A stretch of DNA of 64,000 bases, from assembly GCA_002320245.1 (NCBI GenBank), contig DCKD01000044.1, forward strand, positions 5,225-69,224, read 5' to 3'. This DNA comes from Lachnospiraceae bacterium UBA1683. GTDB lineage: Bacteria; Bacillota; Clostridia; Lachnospirales; Lachnospiraceae. The translations under genes and the position numbers were made by a program. Below are positions 54,991 to 64,000 of this stretch, piece after piece. The notes under the pieces were generated by a model. That model was not told the origin of the DNA. It worked only from the letters and a program-made list of their open reading frames with translations, and made no database searches. Every line of letters starts with the position of its first letter. Positions within the stretch are counted from its first letter, which is position 1.

Positions 54991-56976
54991 ATGAATCAGA
55001 TAAAAGAAAAGAGCAGGGAAAAACCATGTGTGCTTAGTATCGATTTGGAAAGTTACAGTGACGTAGACCTGGCCAAATGCGGCGTCTACAAATATGTGGA
55101 GGGTGATTTCCATATTCTTCTGCTTGCTTACGCTTTTGATGATGATGAGGTGCGGATTGTGGATATGGCCTGCGGGGAAAGCATCCCGCAGGAAGTCCTG
55201 GATGCCGTTGATGATCTGGATATCATCAAAGCGGCATGGAACGCACAGTTTGAACGGACCTGTATCGGGTATTACCTTGGGCGGGTACTGGACCCGGATT
55301 CCTGGAGGTGTTCCATGGTACACGCCGCCTCTCTTTCTTTGCCGCTGGCGCTGAAGAATGCGGCAAAGGTATTAAAGACCGGGCAGCAGAAGGACAGGGC
55401 AGGAGAGAGCCTGATCAAATATTTTTCCGTCCCATGTAAGCCAACTAAGGCCAACGGCGGCAGGACAAGGAACCTGCCGGAGCATGATCCGGAAGGATGG
55501 CAGAAGTTTAAGGAATACTGCCTGCAGGATGTACGGACGGAGCGTGACATCCGAAAACGGCTGGAGGTATTCCCGATGCCGGATCAGGAGTGGGACTATT
55601 ACCATATGGACCAGAGGATCAATGACCGGGGAGTGCAGATTGATACGGAACTGGTGGAGATGGCAATTGCCTGTGACCTGATGCTGTCGGATGAGATGGG
55701 CAAAAGGGCATATGAGCTGACCGGCCTTGAGAACCCGAACAGCGTCTCACAGCTGAAGAACTGGCTTGAGGAACGGGGGATTCCGGTGGAGAGACTTGGG
55801 AAAAAGGATGTGGCGGCAATGATCACAGACCTTGATAAGAATGGCTGCGACCAGGAGGCGCTGGATATGCTGAAACTCCGGCTCCAGATGGCAAAGTCCA
55901 GTGTGAAAAAGTACCAGGCTGCACAGCGGTGCGTCTGTGAGGACGGAAGGGCAAGGGGGCTGTTCCAGTTCAATGGGGCCGCAAAGACAAACCGGTGGGC
56001 CGGCCGTCTGATCCAGCTGCAGAATCTTGTGAGAAATGAGATCAGCACACTGGATGAAGCCAGGGAGCTTGTAAAGATGGGGGAGTTTGAACTTTTGGAA
56101 TCCATCTATGGGAATGCACCCGATATTCTTTCGCAGCTGATCCGGACGATGCTGGTTCCCAAGGAAGGGCACGAATTCATCGTTGCTGACTTTTCTGCCA
56201 TTGAGGCGAGGGTGCTGGCATGGCTGGCCGGGGAGCAGTGGCGGCTGGAGGCCTTCCGTAATGGGGAGGACATATACTGTGCATCGGCATCACAGATGTT
56301 CGGCGTGCCTGTAGTAAAGCATGGGGTCAATGGGGAACTGAGGCAGAAAGGGAAGGTTGCGGAACTGGCGTGCGGCTATCAGGGAGGCAGCGGCGCGTTG
56401 ATTTCTATGGGCGCACTGGAAATGGGCCTAAAAGAAGGAGAACTCCCGGATATCATCGAACAGTGGAGAAACGCTTCCCCGCACATCGTGCAGTTTTGGT
56501 GGGATGTGGAGAAAGCCGCCACAGAAACAGTTAAAACCCATGAGGAACACGTTGTTGGAAAAGTCAGATTTCAGTTTTATGGAAACACGCTCTGGATGGT
56601 GCTGCCAAGCGGGCGGAAGCTGGCTTATCTGAAACCCAGGCTCCAGCCTAACAGATTTGGGCGGATGAGCCTGACCTTTGAGGGGATGGGCGCAAACAAT
56701 AACTGGGCGAGGCAGGAGAGCTACGGAGGCCGTATGGTGGAAAACTGTACGCAGGCAACAGCGAGGGACATCCTTGCGGAAGCCATGCGGCGGCTGGAAC
56801 AGGCTGGGTTTGAGATTGTCGGCCATGTACACGATGAAGTGATCATTGAGGCGCCGGTTGGAAGATGCAAGGTGGACGAGGTCTGCCGGCTGATGGCAGA
56901 AAACCCTCCGTGGTGCCCGGACTGTCCTTTGGACGCTGCCGGTTACGAAGCGCCTTCTTATTATTTCAAGGATTAG
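54991..56976 (+). CDS. family A DNA polymerase (phage type, with 3'-5' exonuclease-like N-domain)
   Basis: DLESYS, DFSAIEARVLAWLAGE, RQKGKVAELACGYQGG and VGHVHDEVIIE are family A (PolA) motifs. Confidence 0.88.
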   Translation: MNQIKEKSREKPCVLSIDLESYSDVDLAKCGVYKYVEGDFHILLLAYAFDDDEVRIVDMACGESIPQEVLDAVDDLDIIKAAWNAQFERTCIGYYLGRVLDPDSWRCSMVHAASLSLPLALKNAAKVLKTGQQKDRAGESLIKYFSVPCKPTKANGGRTRNLPEHDPEGWQKFKEYCLQDVRTERDIRKRLEVFPMPDQEWDYYHMDQRINDRGVQIDTELVEMAIACDLMLSDEMGKRAYELTGLENPNSVSQLKNWLEERGIPVERLGKKDVAAMITDLDKNGCDQEALDMLKLRLQMAKSSVKKYQAAQRCVCEDGRARGLFQFNGAAKTNRWAGRLIQLQNLVRNEISTLDEARELVKMGEFELLESIYGNAPDILSQLIRTMLVPKEGHEFIVADFSAIEARVLAWLAGEQWRLEAFRNGEDIYCASASQMFGVPVVKHGVNGELRQKGKVAELACGYQGGSGALISMGALEMGLKEGELPDIIEQWRNASPHIVQFWWDVEKAATETVKTHEEHVVGKVRFQFYGNTLWMVLPSGRKLAYLKPRLQPNRFGRMSLTFEGMGANNNWARQESYGGRMVENCTQATARDILAEAMRRLEQAGFEIVGHVHDEVIIEAPVGRCKVDEVCRLMAENPPWCPDCPLDAAGYEAPSYYFKD

Positions 56977-56987
56977 AGGTGGAAAAA

Positions 56988-57326
56988 ATGGCTCATGTAT
57001 TATCAGTCAAAGACGGGAGAAATGTGGCTGTGTTCGGCGTCCGTGACATTCTTGATATTGTAGGGGATTGTGCTGGTGATGATGTCCGGCATTATCTGGA
57101 AGAACACCTTGCGGATATCGGGGAGATGGAAGCAGAGTTTGAATTTGCGGACAAGGAGCATGAAAAAGAACTGGAGCGGCAGGGGGAACACCAACGGTCC
57201 CTACTGAACGATATTAAGGAGGAGACGGAAGCCCTGGAAGAACTGCTCCATGCCCAGAGGCTTGACCATAAGAAACTGCAAAAGGCAGCAGACAATATCT
57301 GGCGGATATGCAGCCGGGAATTGTGA
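56988..57326 (+). CDS. hypothetical phage protein
   Basis: MAHVLSVKDG..., helical and acidic. GAGGTGG RBS. Confidence 0.5.
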   Translation: MAHVLSVKDGRNVAVFGVRDILDIVGDCAGDDVRHYLEEHLADIGEMEAEFEFADKEHEKELERQGEHQRSLLNDIKEETEALEELLHAQRLDHKKLQKAADNIWRICSREL

Positions 57327-57374
57327 CGGAAGCATATCCGTTCTGTATTGATTGGATTCTAAAGGAGGGTGACG

Positions 57375-57719
57375 ATGGCAAAAGCAGGAAGACCAAAAAG
57401 TGAGGAGAAAATCCAGGAAGGAAGATGCATTGCCCTTATGGATAACAACTTTGGGGAACGGGACTGCCCGTTTTATAAAAATAAGAGCAGGAACCGGAAG
57501 GAACAGCAGGACTGCCTGAAATGTCTGGTCAAAAACGGCAGGACAGACCTGCTGGAAAAATATAAAAAGGTGCTGGGCAGACTGGGTGTGTTTGATGCTG
57601 CAGACGGATATATGGAAACGGCGGCAGCGGAATTAGAGCGGTATGACGGGGAGTGTATGAAAAACTTCCTGTCAGGTAATTCCGTGCCGGAGGAGGGTGA
57701 GGATGAATGGAATGACTGA
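57375..57719 (+). CDS. hypothetical phage protein
   Basis: AAGGAGG lies 6 nt before MAKAGRPKSEE. Confidence 0.5.
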   Translation: MAKAGRPKSEEKIQEGRCIALMDNNFGERDCPFYKNKSRNRKEQQDCLKCLVKNGRTDLLEKYKKVLGRLGVFDAADGYMETAAAELERYDGECMKNFLSGNSVPEEGEDEWND

Positions 57720-58071
57720 GGGCTGCATTGCAGGAGGAACACTGCCGGGCGGTGCTTCCGGCAGTATGGAGGAATGCTATGAGAACCTGGTCGCCGCCAT
57801 TGTGAAACAGGCGGTGCGGGATTACGAAAGGATTCTGGTCCAGTTGTTTTCCCGCCCTGCGGGGGAAAAGCAGATACGTCTGAACATGGAAAAGGTGGAA
57901 CTTGAGGTGTTTTTCCATTCTGCCTGGTATGGGACATTGACAGACATTGATGGGGACAGGCTGATCCGCACAGTGCGCTCCCATGCTTTGGATAAGACGA
58001 AAGAAATGGTTAGAAAGAAGCATCAAAAACGGTTGAAGGAGATGGAGATGGGAATGTCCGCGAATGGATGA
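57703..58071 (+). CDS. hypothetical phage protein
   Basis: It overlaps the previous stop. ENLVAAIVKQAVRDYERIL... Confidence 0.45.
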   Translation: MNGMTEGCIAGGTLPGGASGSMEECYENLVAAIVKQAVRDYERILVQLFSRPAGEKQIRLNMEKVELEVFFHSAWYGTLTDIDGDRLIRTVRSHALDKTKEMVRKKHQKRLKEMEMGMSANG

Positions 58072-58164
58072 AAGAAAGGCAGAGTTAAAAACGGAGAAAT
58101 GACGTGCAGTGCTGATAAGGCCAGTAAATCAGCGGTAAAAGTCTGACATCGGAAGGAGGATTTT

Positions 58165-59232
58165 ATGAAAGCAGGCAGAAGTTTAAAAGAAGTCATGGTG
58201 GAACTGGACCGCCAGAGCAAGGCAAAGAGAGATTATATCGGGCCGGCGGAGGCATTCCATCTCAGGGATGACGGCCGGACGTTTGAGATCAACCATGTGG
58301 TCTCCGGGCAGCAGGAAGTCTTTGCTACCAGCCAGCTCTTCCACAGGCAGGTGGCATCGGTGCTTGGTATCCCGGCAAAGTATTATGATATGATGTCGGC
58401 GCAGAAACCGGAATTGCTGGCAGAGAACGTGAACGCATGGTTTGCGGATAAGACGGGCAGCTATATGATCCGCTCCATGGATTACGGCAGCGGTCCGGTG
58501 GCAAGGGCGCTCCTTTCGGAACGGTACCGCCGTATTGACAATATGGAGATTGCCACGGCAGTCCTTCCGTTATTTGCCGGACAGGAGCAGTATGAGGTGG
58601 TTTCCTGCGAGGTGACGGAGAACCGGCTGTATTTAAAAATCGTGAATCACCGGTTGGAGATGGCCGTTGTTCCGGGGGACTATGTGCAGGCCGGCGTGGT
58701 GATCTCAAACTCAGAGGTTGGCCTTGGTTCCGTTTCGGTACAGCCGCTGGTCTACCGCCTTGTGTGTACGAACGGAATGGTAGTCAATGACATGGGCGAA
58801 CGGAAGAACCATGTAGGGAGGACAGCCAGGGCATTAGAGGACAGCTTTCACATTTATTCGGATGAGACCATTGAAGCGGAGGACAAGGCGTTTCTTTTGA
58901 AACTCCGGGATGTGACGGCTGCGGCGATTGAGGAGAGCCGTTTTGCACAGGTGGTCGGCAGATTAAAAGAGGCAGCCGGTGTGCCGATTACAGGAAAGGT
59001 GCCGGAGGTGGTGGAACTTACCGGCCGCAGCTATGGGCTGAACCAGGACGAGCAGGACAGCATCCTGCAGTATCTGATTTCCGGCGGTGATCTCTCACAG
59101 TACGGGCTATCCAATGCCATCACGCGGGCAAGCCAGGAGGTAGAGTCTTACGATCGGGCGACTGCGCTGGAGGGCATCGGGTGGCAGGTAGCAACGATGA
59201 CGGGGCAGCAGTGGAAGGAGCTGAACGGATAA
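58165..59232 (+). CDS. DUF932-family protein (phage/plasmid-like)
   Basis: LSERYRRIDNMEIATAVLP...VISNSEVGLGSVSVQPLVYRLVCTNGM, as I recall for DUF932. Confidence 0.6.
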   Translation: MKAGRSLKEVMVELDRQSKAKRDYIGPAEAFHLRDDGRTFEINHVVSGQQEVFATSQLFHRQVASVLGIPAKYYDMMSAQKPELLAENVNAWFADKTGSYMIRSMDYGSGPVARALLSERYRRIDNMEIATAVLPLFAGQEQYEVVSCEVTENRLYLKIVNHRLEMAVVPGDYVQAGVVISNSEVGLGSVSVQPLVYRLVCTNGMVVNDMGERKNHVGRTARALEDSFHIYSDETIEAEDKAFLLKLRDVTAAAIEESRFAQVVGRLKEAAGVPITGKVPEVVELTGRSYGLNQDEQDSILQYLISGGDLSQYGLSNAITRASQEVESYDRATALEGIGWQVATMTGQQWKELNG

Positions 59233-59429
59233 TGGCGGGATGGAACAGAAATGATGAGATTATCCGTGAGAGGGAAGTGTATGTGGACGACCAGTGCTGT
59301 GAAAACTGCCGTTACTGGTGCGGCTGGGACCCGGTAGAAAGTGCGAATGGATGCAAAAATTACAGCCGCCCGGATTATGAGCAGCGGCCGGAGGGCAGAT
59401 GGTGCCCGTATTGGAAAGGCAGGAGATAA
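59232..59429 (+). CDS. small Cys/Trp-rich protein
   Basis: 65 aa. QCCENCRYWCGW...GCKNY...RWCPYW. Its start overlaps the previous stop (TAATG). Confidence 0.5.
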   Translation: MAGWNRNDEIIREREVYVDDQCCENCRYWCGWDPVESANGCKNYSRPDYEQRPEGRWCPYWKGRR

Positions 59430-59819
59430 ATGAGGGAGTCAGCAGTTGAAAAAGCATTTGTTGATGCCGTCCGGAAAGCGGGCGGAGCGGCACTTAAATT
59501 CACATCGCAGAGCAGGAATGGGGTACCGGACCGTCTGGTACTCTTTTTTAGCGGGAAAGCGGCATTTGTGGAACTGAAAGCACCGGGGAAACAGATGCGC
59601 CCCCTGCAAAGAAAACGGCGTAAGCAGCTGGAGGCGCTCGGCTTCCCGGTCTTCTGCGTGGACAGCATGGAACAGATACAGCCGGCAATCAAGGCGCTGG
59701 AGGAATGGAATCCGGGGGCACCGATACCCACGGGCATTGGGGTGCAGATACCGGATACTGAAAATGCAGAACTGCCCACAAAGGATACAGAGGCAGGGAA
59801 AGGGGATGATGCCCGATGA
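59430..59819 (+). CDS. VRR-NUC domain nuclease
   Basis: ESAVEKAFVDAVRKAGGAALKFTSQSRNGVPDRLVLF..AAFVELKAPG...QLEALGF. Confidence 0.8.
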   Translation: MRESAVEKAFVDAVRKAGGAALKFTSQSRNGVPDRLVLFFSGKAAFVELKAPGKQMRPLQRKRRKQLEALGFPVFCVDSMEQIQPAIKALEEWNPGAPIPTGIGVQIPDTENAELPTKDTEAGKGDDAR

Positions 59820-61196
59820 AGTTCATACCGCACGAATATCAGAGCTATTGTATTGAGTATATCAAAGCTCATCCAATCGCAGGATTATTTCTGGATATGG
59901 GCCTCGGCTGAGAGCAAGACAGTAATCACTTTATCCGCGATCCGGGATCTGATGCTGGATACCTGTGAAGTATCCAAGGCGCTGGTGATCGCACCCCTCC
60001 GTGTGGCAAGGGACACATGGCCGGCTGAAGCGGAAAAATGGGATCATTTGGAAGATATAGACGTGTCTGTTATCGTGGGGGATAAGAAAACAAGGATAGC
60101 CGCTTTGAACCATCCGGCAATGGTTTATGTGATAAATCGGGAGAATGTGAAGTTTCTTGTAGAATATTACGAGAAAAATGGGTTGCGATGGGATTTTGAC
60201 GCCGTTATTATTGATGAACTTTCCTCGTTCAAGAACCACCAGTCACAGCGTTTCAAGTGGCTGCGGAAAGTGCGTCCGTTTGTGAAACGTATGATAGGGC
60301 TGACCGGTACGCCAACTTCCAATGGACTTATGGACCTGTGGGCGGAGATTGGAATCCTTGACGGTGGGGAACGGCTGGGGCGTTTCATCGGCAGATACCG
60401 GGAGGCATACTTTAAGGCCGGAAGCATGAACCCACAGACAGGCGTGGTGTTCCAGTATGTCCCTCGCCCCGGAGCGGAGAAGCAGATTTATGAGAAGATT
60501 GCCGATATTACGATTTCCATGAAAGCGATGGATTACCTCCATATGCCGGACTGTGTGCCGGCCCGGCACTATGTGGAGATGGATAAAAAAGAGAGGAAAC
60601 TTTACGATATGCTGCGTAAGGATTTGCTGATCCCTTTGGAGGATGCGGATATCGACGCGGCCAATGCTGCTTCTCTGACAGGGAAGCTCCTGCAGATGGC
60701 AAACGGTGCGGTCTATGACGAGAACAGCGCTGTGCGGGAGATCCATCAAAGAAAATTGGAAAAACTGGAGGATCTGATTGAAGCCGCCAACGGCCAGTCT
60801 GTCCTTGTCGCCTACTGGTTCAAGCATGACCGGCAGAGGATTATGGAGCATCTGTCAAGTATGGGGTACAAGCCGAGGGATATCAAAGAATCCAAAGATA
60901 TCAGGGACTGGAACGAAGGGAATATTCAGGTAGCCCTTATCCATCCAGCCAGTGCGGGACATGGGTTAAATATCCAGTCGGGCGGACACATCCTGATCTG
61001 GTTCGGACTGACATGGAGTCTGGAACTTTACCAGCAGACCAATGCCAGACTCTGGCGGCAGGGGCAGACAGATGTGGTGACGATCCATCATATCATCTGC
61101 AAGGATACGGTGGATGAGGACGTGATGGTGGCACTGGAGCAAAAAGATATCACTCAGGAAAAGCTGATCGCAGCAGTGAAGGCGAGGCTGTATTGA
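59816..61196 (+). pseudogene. SNF2/DEAD-like helicase interrupted by a 7-nt insertion in the Walker A codons
   Basis: From the ATGA overlap at 59816: MKFIPHEYQSYCIEYIKAHPIAGLFLDMGLG then TGA. The +1 frame continues KTVITLSAI... through DELSSFKN, GTPTSN and the helicase C-domain. Removing 59909-59915 restores GLGKT. Confidence 0.8.
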
Positions 61197-61245
61197 TACT
61201 GGAAACATGGAGCACACAGGAATTTTACCGGAAGGAGGGTGGACG

Positions 61246-61899
61246 ATGAATGACAAGACGGTCAGTGCCGGACAGAACCAGGAGCCAGGGAAGAACCCGA
61301 AAGCGGAGCAGGACCCCGGAGAAGTGTTTTTTCAGGAGGCCGCCCTTTTTCTGGCAGAAACATATGGAAGGATGCTTGATGACAGGGGACAGCTTAAAGC
61401 GGTGATTGATGCCGGGGTTATTCCGTATACAGAGGAAATGGCAATCCGGGATTTGTCTGCCGTAAGTGTGGGTTACGATACCGAGCGGGTACAGACGAGC
61501 AATATCAGCAATATCCCGGAGCAGATTGCCGTTTTGCTGGACAGCGGGTATGTGGAGAAGATGAACAGGCGGCTGAAACGGGAGATGGACGGAACGGCCA
61601 GGGATTACACATATCTTTGCTGGAAGATCGAAATCGTGGAAACCGCTATGAGGGAGCGGATGAGCAAAAAAGAACAGGATATTTTTAAAAGGATCTTTTT
61701 GAGAAAAAAGACCTACCGGCAAATATGCGCTGCCTATAAAAAAGGAACTTTGCATAATAAACAGATCAGTCAGACAAAGAAAAAATGTTTGCAGGCAATA
61801 GCCGATCATCTGAAGAATGCCAGCTGTTTTCCTCTGTATAGCCGGTATATGAATAATCTGCGGAGGGAATGCCAGCAGGAAAAGGAAAGAGAGGGATAA
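61246..61899 (+). CDS. hypothetical phage regulator-like protein (sigma region-4-like C-terminus?)
   Basis: AAGGAGGG RBS. C-terminus MSKKEQDIFKRIFLRKKTYRQICAAY... Confidence 0.4.
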   Translation: MNDKTVSAGQNQEPGKNPKAEQDPGEVFFQEAALFLAETYGRMLDDRGQLKAVIDAGVIPYTEEMAIRDLSAVSVGYDTERVQTSNISNIPEQIAVLLDSGYVEKMNRRLKREMDGTARDYTYLCWKIEIVETAMRERMSKKEQDIFKRIFLRKKTYRQICAAYKKGTLHNKQISQTKKKCLQAIADHLKNASCFPLYSRYMNNLRRECQQEKEREG

Positions 61900-61904
61900 A
61901 TAAA

Positions 61905-62423
61905 ATGGCTGAGAAACCTGTAAAGAGGGGATTTGGGTGGAAACGCATGGGGGATGTACACAAGGCTGACGCGGAGTGCGCCATCATGCTCAAAGGAATC
62001 ATCCGAAGGCTGCCGGAACTAAGGGAATACTGCCAGTATTTTGAGACCAGGAGAAAGAGCCTGCTTACTATGGCAGAGATTGAGGAGCGGGAGATTACCT
62101 TCCTGAATGTGGGAAAAATAAAAGAACTTATGGGACTGCCGCTGTCAGAAGAGGACAAGAAAGCCTTGTTTGCCTATTTTGATGCCAGTACCCAGATAAT
62201 GGTTTTGGAAACCGGGATGGAGGGACTTCCAGAGGGCCAGTACCGTGAAATTGCCTATGACCGGTATTTTGAAAGGATGAGCTATAAGAAGATCATGCAG
62301 AAACACAGTGTGAATAAAAAAACTGTCCAGAGAGCGTTGGGAAAAACTAAGGCTTATCTTCTTACCTATTCCAGATGGTATTTGGACTTGGCGGGAAAGG
62401 TAAAAGAGTCGGTCACCCAGTAA
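61905..62423 (+). CDS. hypothetical phage regulator-like protein (sigma region-4-like C-terminus?)
   Basis: C-terminus YREIAYDRYFERMSYKKIMQKHSVNKKTVQRALGK. Confidence 0.4.
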   Translation: MAEKPVKRGFGWKRMGDVHKADAECAIMLKGIIRRLPELREYCQYFETRRKSLLTMAEIEEREITFLNVGKIKELMGLPLSEEDKKALFAYFDASTQIMVLETGMEGLPEGQYREIAYDRYFERMSYKKIMQKHSVNKKTVQRALGKTKAYLLTYSRWYLDLAGKVKESVTQ

Positions 62424-62575
62424 AAGTGTCCCTTTTTGCCCTCTCCGGGATACCAAAGCGATATGCTATTATTATAATGCGCAAGAGCAAACGAAAAAGC
62501 CAGAGCGGAAACAGCCATGACAGTTTCCATTCTGGCTTTTCTTATGTGATTGAATGGAAGGAGGAGAAAAATGAT

Positions 62576-63115
62576 ATGGGCAGGAAAAACCGTAGGAAAA
62601 AATCTGCGTATACCAGAAAGATGAAAACGGGTGCAAAACGTCTGGTAACGATGAAAATGGAGCAAGTACATACCGGCTGCGATGAAAATTTTGAAATGCC
62701 AGAACAACAGAGCAGTTTGGGACCACATCGTGGTGACATCTGGTTTGCAGAACTTGGAAAGCATCCGGGGACGAGCGTCCAGGAAGGGTGCCGTCCGGTA
62801 TTTATCGTGAGCAATGATATGGCAAACGGGCATTCCGCTACGGTGACTGTCGTTCCGATGACATCTAAGAAGAAAAAAGCATATCTTCCAACGCATGTTT
62901 TGACGGAAGCGTCAGACTGTCCCAATCTGGAACCTTCCATGGTTCTGGCGGAGCAGGTAACTACTATTGGTAAGTGTGCCCTCAAGAGTTTTGTGGGACG
63001 TGTCGGGGAGAGCAAAATACATGAGATTGAAAAGGCCATGGAGGTGCATCTGGGTCTTACGTCACGTTGTATATCTGACAGGTGGGATGCCTGTATTAGC
63101 GGCAAAGGAGTGTGA
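62576..63115 (+). CDS. PemK/MazF-family endoribonuclease toxin with N-terminal basic extension
   Basis: RGDIWFAELG...GCRPVFIVSNDMANGHSATVTVVPMTSKKKK.YLPTHV...SMVLAEQVTTIGK. GGAGGAG lies before the ATG at 62576; starts at 62651 or 62657 are possible. Confidence 0.8.
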   Translation: MGRKNRRKKSAYTRKMKTGAKRLVTMKMEQVHTGCDENFEMPEQQSSLGPHRGDIWFAELGKHPGTSVQEGCRPVFIVSNDMANGHSATVTVVPMTSKKKKAYLPTHVLTEASDCPNLEPSMVLAEQVTTIGKCALKSFVGRVGESKIHEIEKAMEVHLGLTSRCISDRWDACISGKGV

Positions 63116-63121
63116 GAATTT

Positions 63122-64000
63122 GTGGGTACAGTTAATTTTGTAAACATCCCGGCGGATTTAAAAGAGTCCTGCCTGTTCTGCGTGTGGAAGAAAGAAAAGG
63201 GGAAAGGCAGGTCTGCTCGCCTGACGAAAGTTCCTTATAACCCCGTTACCGGGCAGAAGGCACAGAGCAATAACGGGGAGACTTTTTCAGATTTTGCCAC
63301 TGCAATGAAATCTTTTGCGATGGGCGGATATGACGGTATCGGAATCCGGGTTTCCTCTGGCATTGGTGCCATTGATATTGATCACTGTATCCGGGAGGAC
63401 GGCACCTTAAATGACGTGGCGGCTTCCGTACTGGGAGTTTTTAAAGATGCATACTTTGAACGCTCCCCGTCCGGCAGCGGACTTCGTGGGTTCTTCCATG
63501 TGGATGCGGATTTCATTTTTGATAAGACGGTTTATTACATCAATAATCGGACGCATGGGCTGGAAGTGTATCTTCCGGGAGCAACGAACCGATTTGTAAC
63601 CGTCACAGGGGACCAGTACCGCGCAGGTTCGGTACCGGCGGATATGGAAGCGCTCCAAAGCGTACTGGATACGTTCATGAAACGGAAATCCCAGGTGGTG
63701 AACACACACATTGAGCCGTGTTCCTATCTGACAGATGAGCAGGTACTGGAACATGCGAAAAAGTCTGCCAATGGAGAACGGTTCACAGACTATTATAACG
63801 GCAATTGGCAGAGATACTTTGATAACCAGTCAGATGCGGATATGGGGTTCCTCTCCATGCTGGCATTTTGGTGTGGATGCGATGAAGAACAGATGGACCG
63901 TATTTTCCGTACTTCAGGCATGATGCGCCCGAAGTGGGACAGGAAACAGGCAGGCACGACTTATGGAGGGATTACTATCCGCAATGCGGTGGCAACCTGC
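63122..64000 (+). CDS. prim-pol / VirE-type phage-plasmid primase, 3' end beyond window (absent from ORF track)
   Basis: GTG start 10 nt after AAAGGAG, then open to nt 64000. IGAIDIDHC, ERSPSGSGLRGFF and SDADMGFLSMLAFWCG..EEQMDRIFRTSGMMRPKWD are prim-pol and primase-helper motifs. Confidence 0.75.
   Translation, partial: MGTVNFVNIPADLKESCLFCVWKKEKGKGRSARLTKVPYNPVTGQKAQSNNGETFSDFATAMKSFAMGGYDGIGIRVSSGIGAIDIDHCIREDGTLNDVAASVLGVFKDAYFERSPSGSGLRGFFHVDADFIFDKTVYYINNRTHGLEVYLPGATNRFVTVTGDQYRAGSVPADMEALQSVLDTFMKRKSQVVNTHIEPCSYLTDEQVLEHAKKSANGERFTDYYNGNWQRYFDNQSDADMGFLSMLAFWCGCDEEQMDRIFRTSGMMRPKWDRKQAGTTYGGITIRNAVATC

Noticed and set aside
59853-59915. The ORF-track start of the helicase at 59853 (MSISKLIQSQDYFWIWASAES...).
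   Set aside because: This N-terminus is out-of-frame read-through of the true 5' end. The frame from 59816 gives the conserved SNF2 N-terminus and is ATGA-coupled to the VRR-NUC gene.
62375-62575. A 246-aa fused reading of the MazF ORF from 62375, considered as a possible antitoxin-toxin fusion.
   Set aside because: The extension overlaps the preceding gene by 49 nt and contains a terminator-like hairpin. It is low-complexity, and a strong RBS precedes the internal ATG at 62576.
1-64000. A search by eye for rRNA, tRNA, transposase, integrase/recombinase and conjugation genes.
   Set aside because: No translation shows DDE transposase, tyrosine/serine recombinase, relaxase or VirB4/VirD4 hallmarks, and I recognised no cloverleaf-like or rRNA sequence. 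The absence is by inspection only and should be confirmed with tRNAscan, Infernal and HMM searches.

Overview
The window looks like a mid-GC Firmicute chromosome, Clostridia/Lachnospiraceae-like (inferred from gene content and RBS style only). All family names come from reading the translations and from memory; no searches were run. It has three parts.

(1) 1-12.5 kb is conserved core: lrgA/lrgB-like genes, a ClC channel, the pyrH-frr-uppS-cdsA-dxr-rseP block, a MarR+MATE pair, a yybP-ykoY-type Mn riboswitch with mntP, and a RumA-type rRNA methyltransferase.

(2) About 12.8-45.3 kb is a mosaic accessory island with no recognisable integrase, transposase or conjugation genes.
- It opens with an AT-rich three-gene block (184, 551 and 259 aa) that I cannot assign to any family. 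This is my best candidate for an undescribed defence or abortive-infection system.
- Next comes a string of same-strand cassettes: flavodoxin; DUF2000-DMT-AraC; three two-component-system/ABC peptide-antibiotic modules, one decayed; a GntR-ABC module; a small XRE regulator plus membrane genes; a Vat streptogramin acetyltransferase; and a LanFEG-type immunity module.
- The cassettes are punctuated by four intact and two fragmentary copies of an orphan OmpR-type winged-helix gene, and by three families of long direct repeats (A, B, C).
- The island ends in a Tn916-like orf9/orf7/orf8 regulatory module that contains a 3 x 98-bp tandem repeat.

(3) 45.4-64 kb is a GC-richer phage-like lysogeny and replication region: an HExxH protein and XRE regulators with repeated operators, sigma-like regulators, an AP2-HNH endonuclease, DUF2800, DUF2815, a family A DNA polymerase, DUF932, VRR-NUC, an SNF2 helicase broken by a 7-nt insertion in its Walker A motif, a solitary MazF toxin, and a prim-pol/VirE-type gene that runs off the window.

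I recognised no rRNA, tRNA or CRISPR array.
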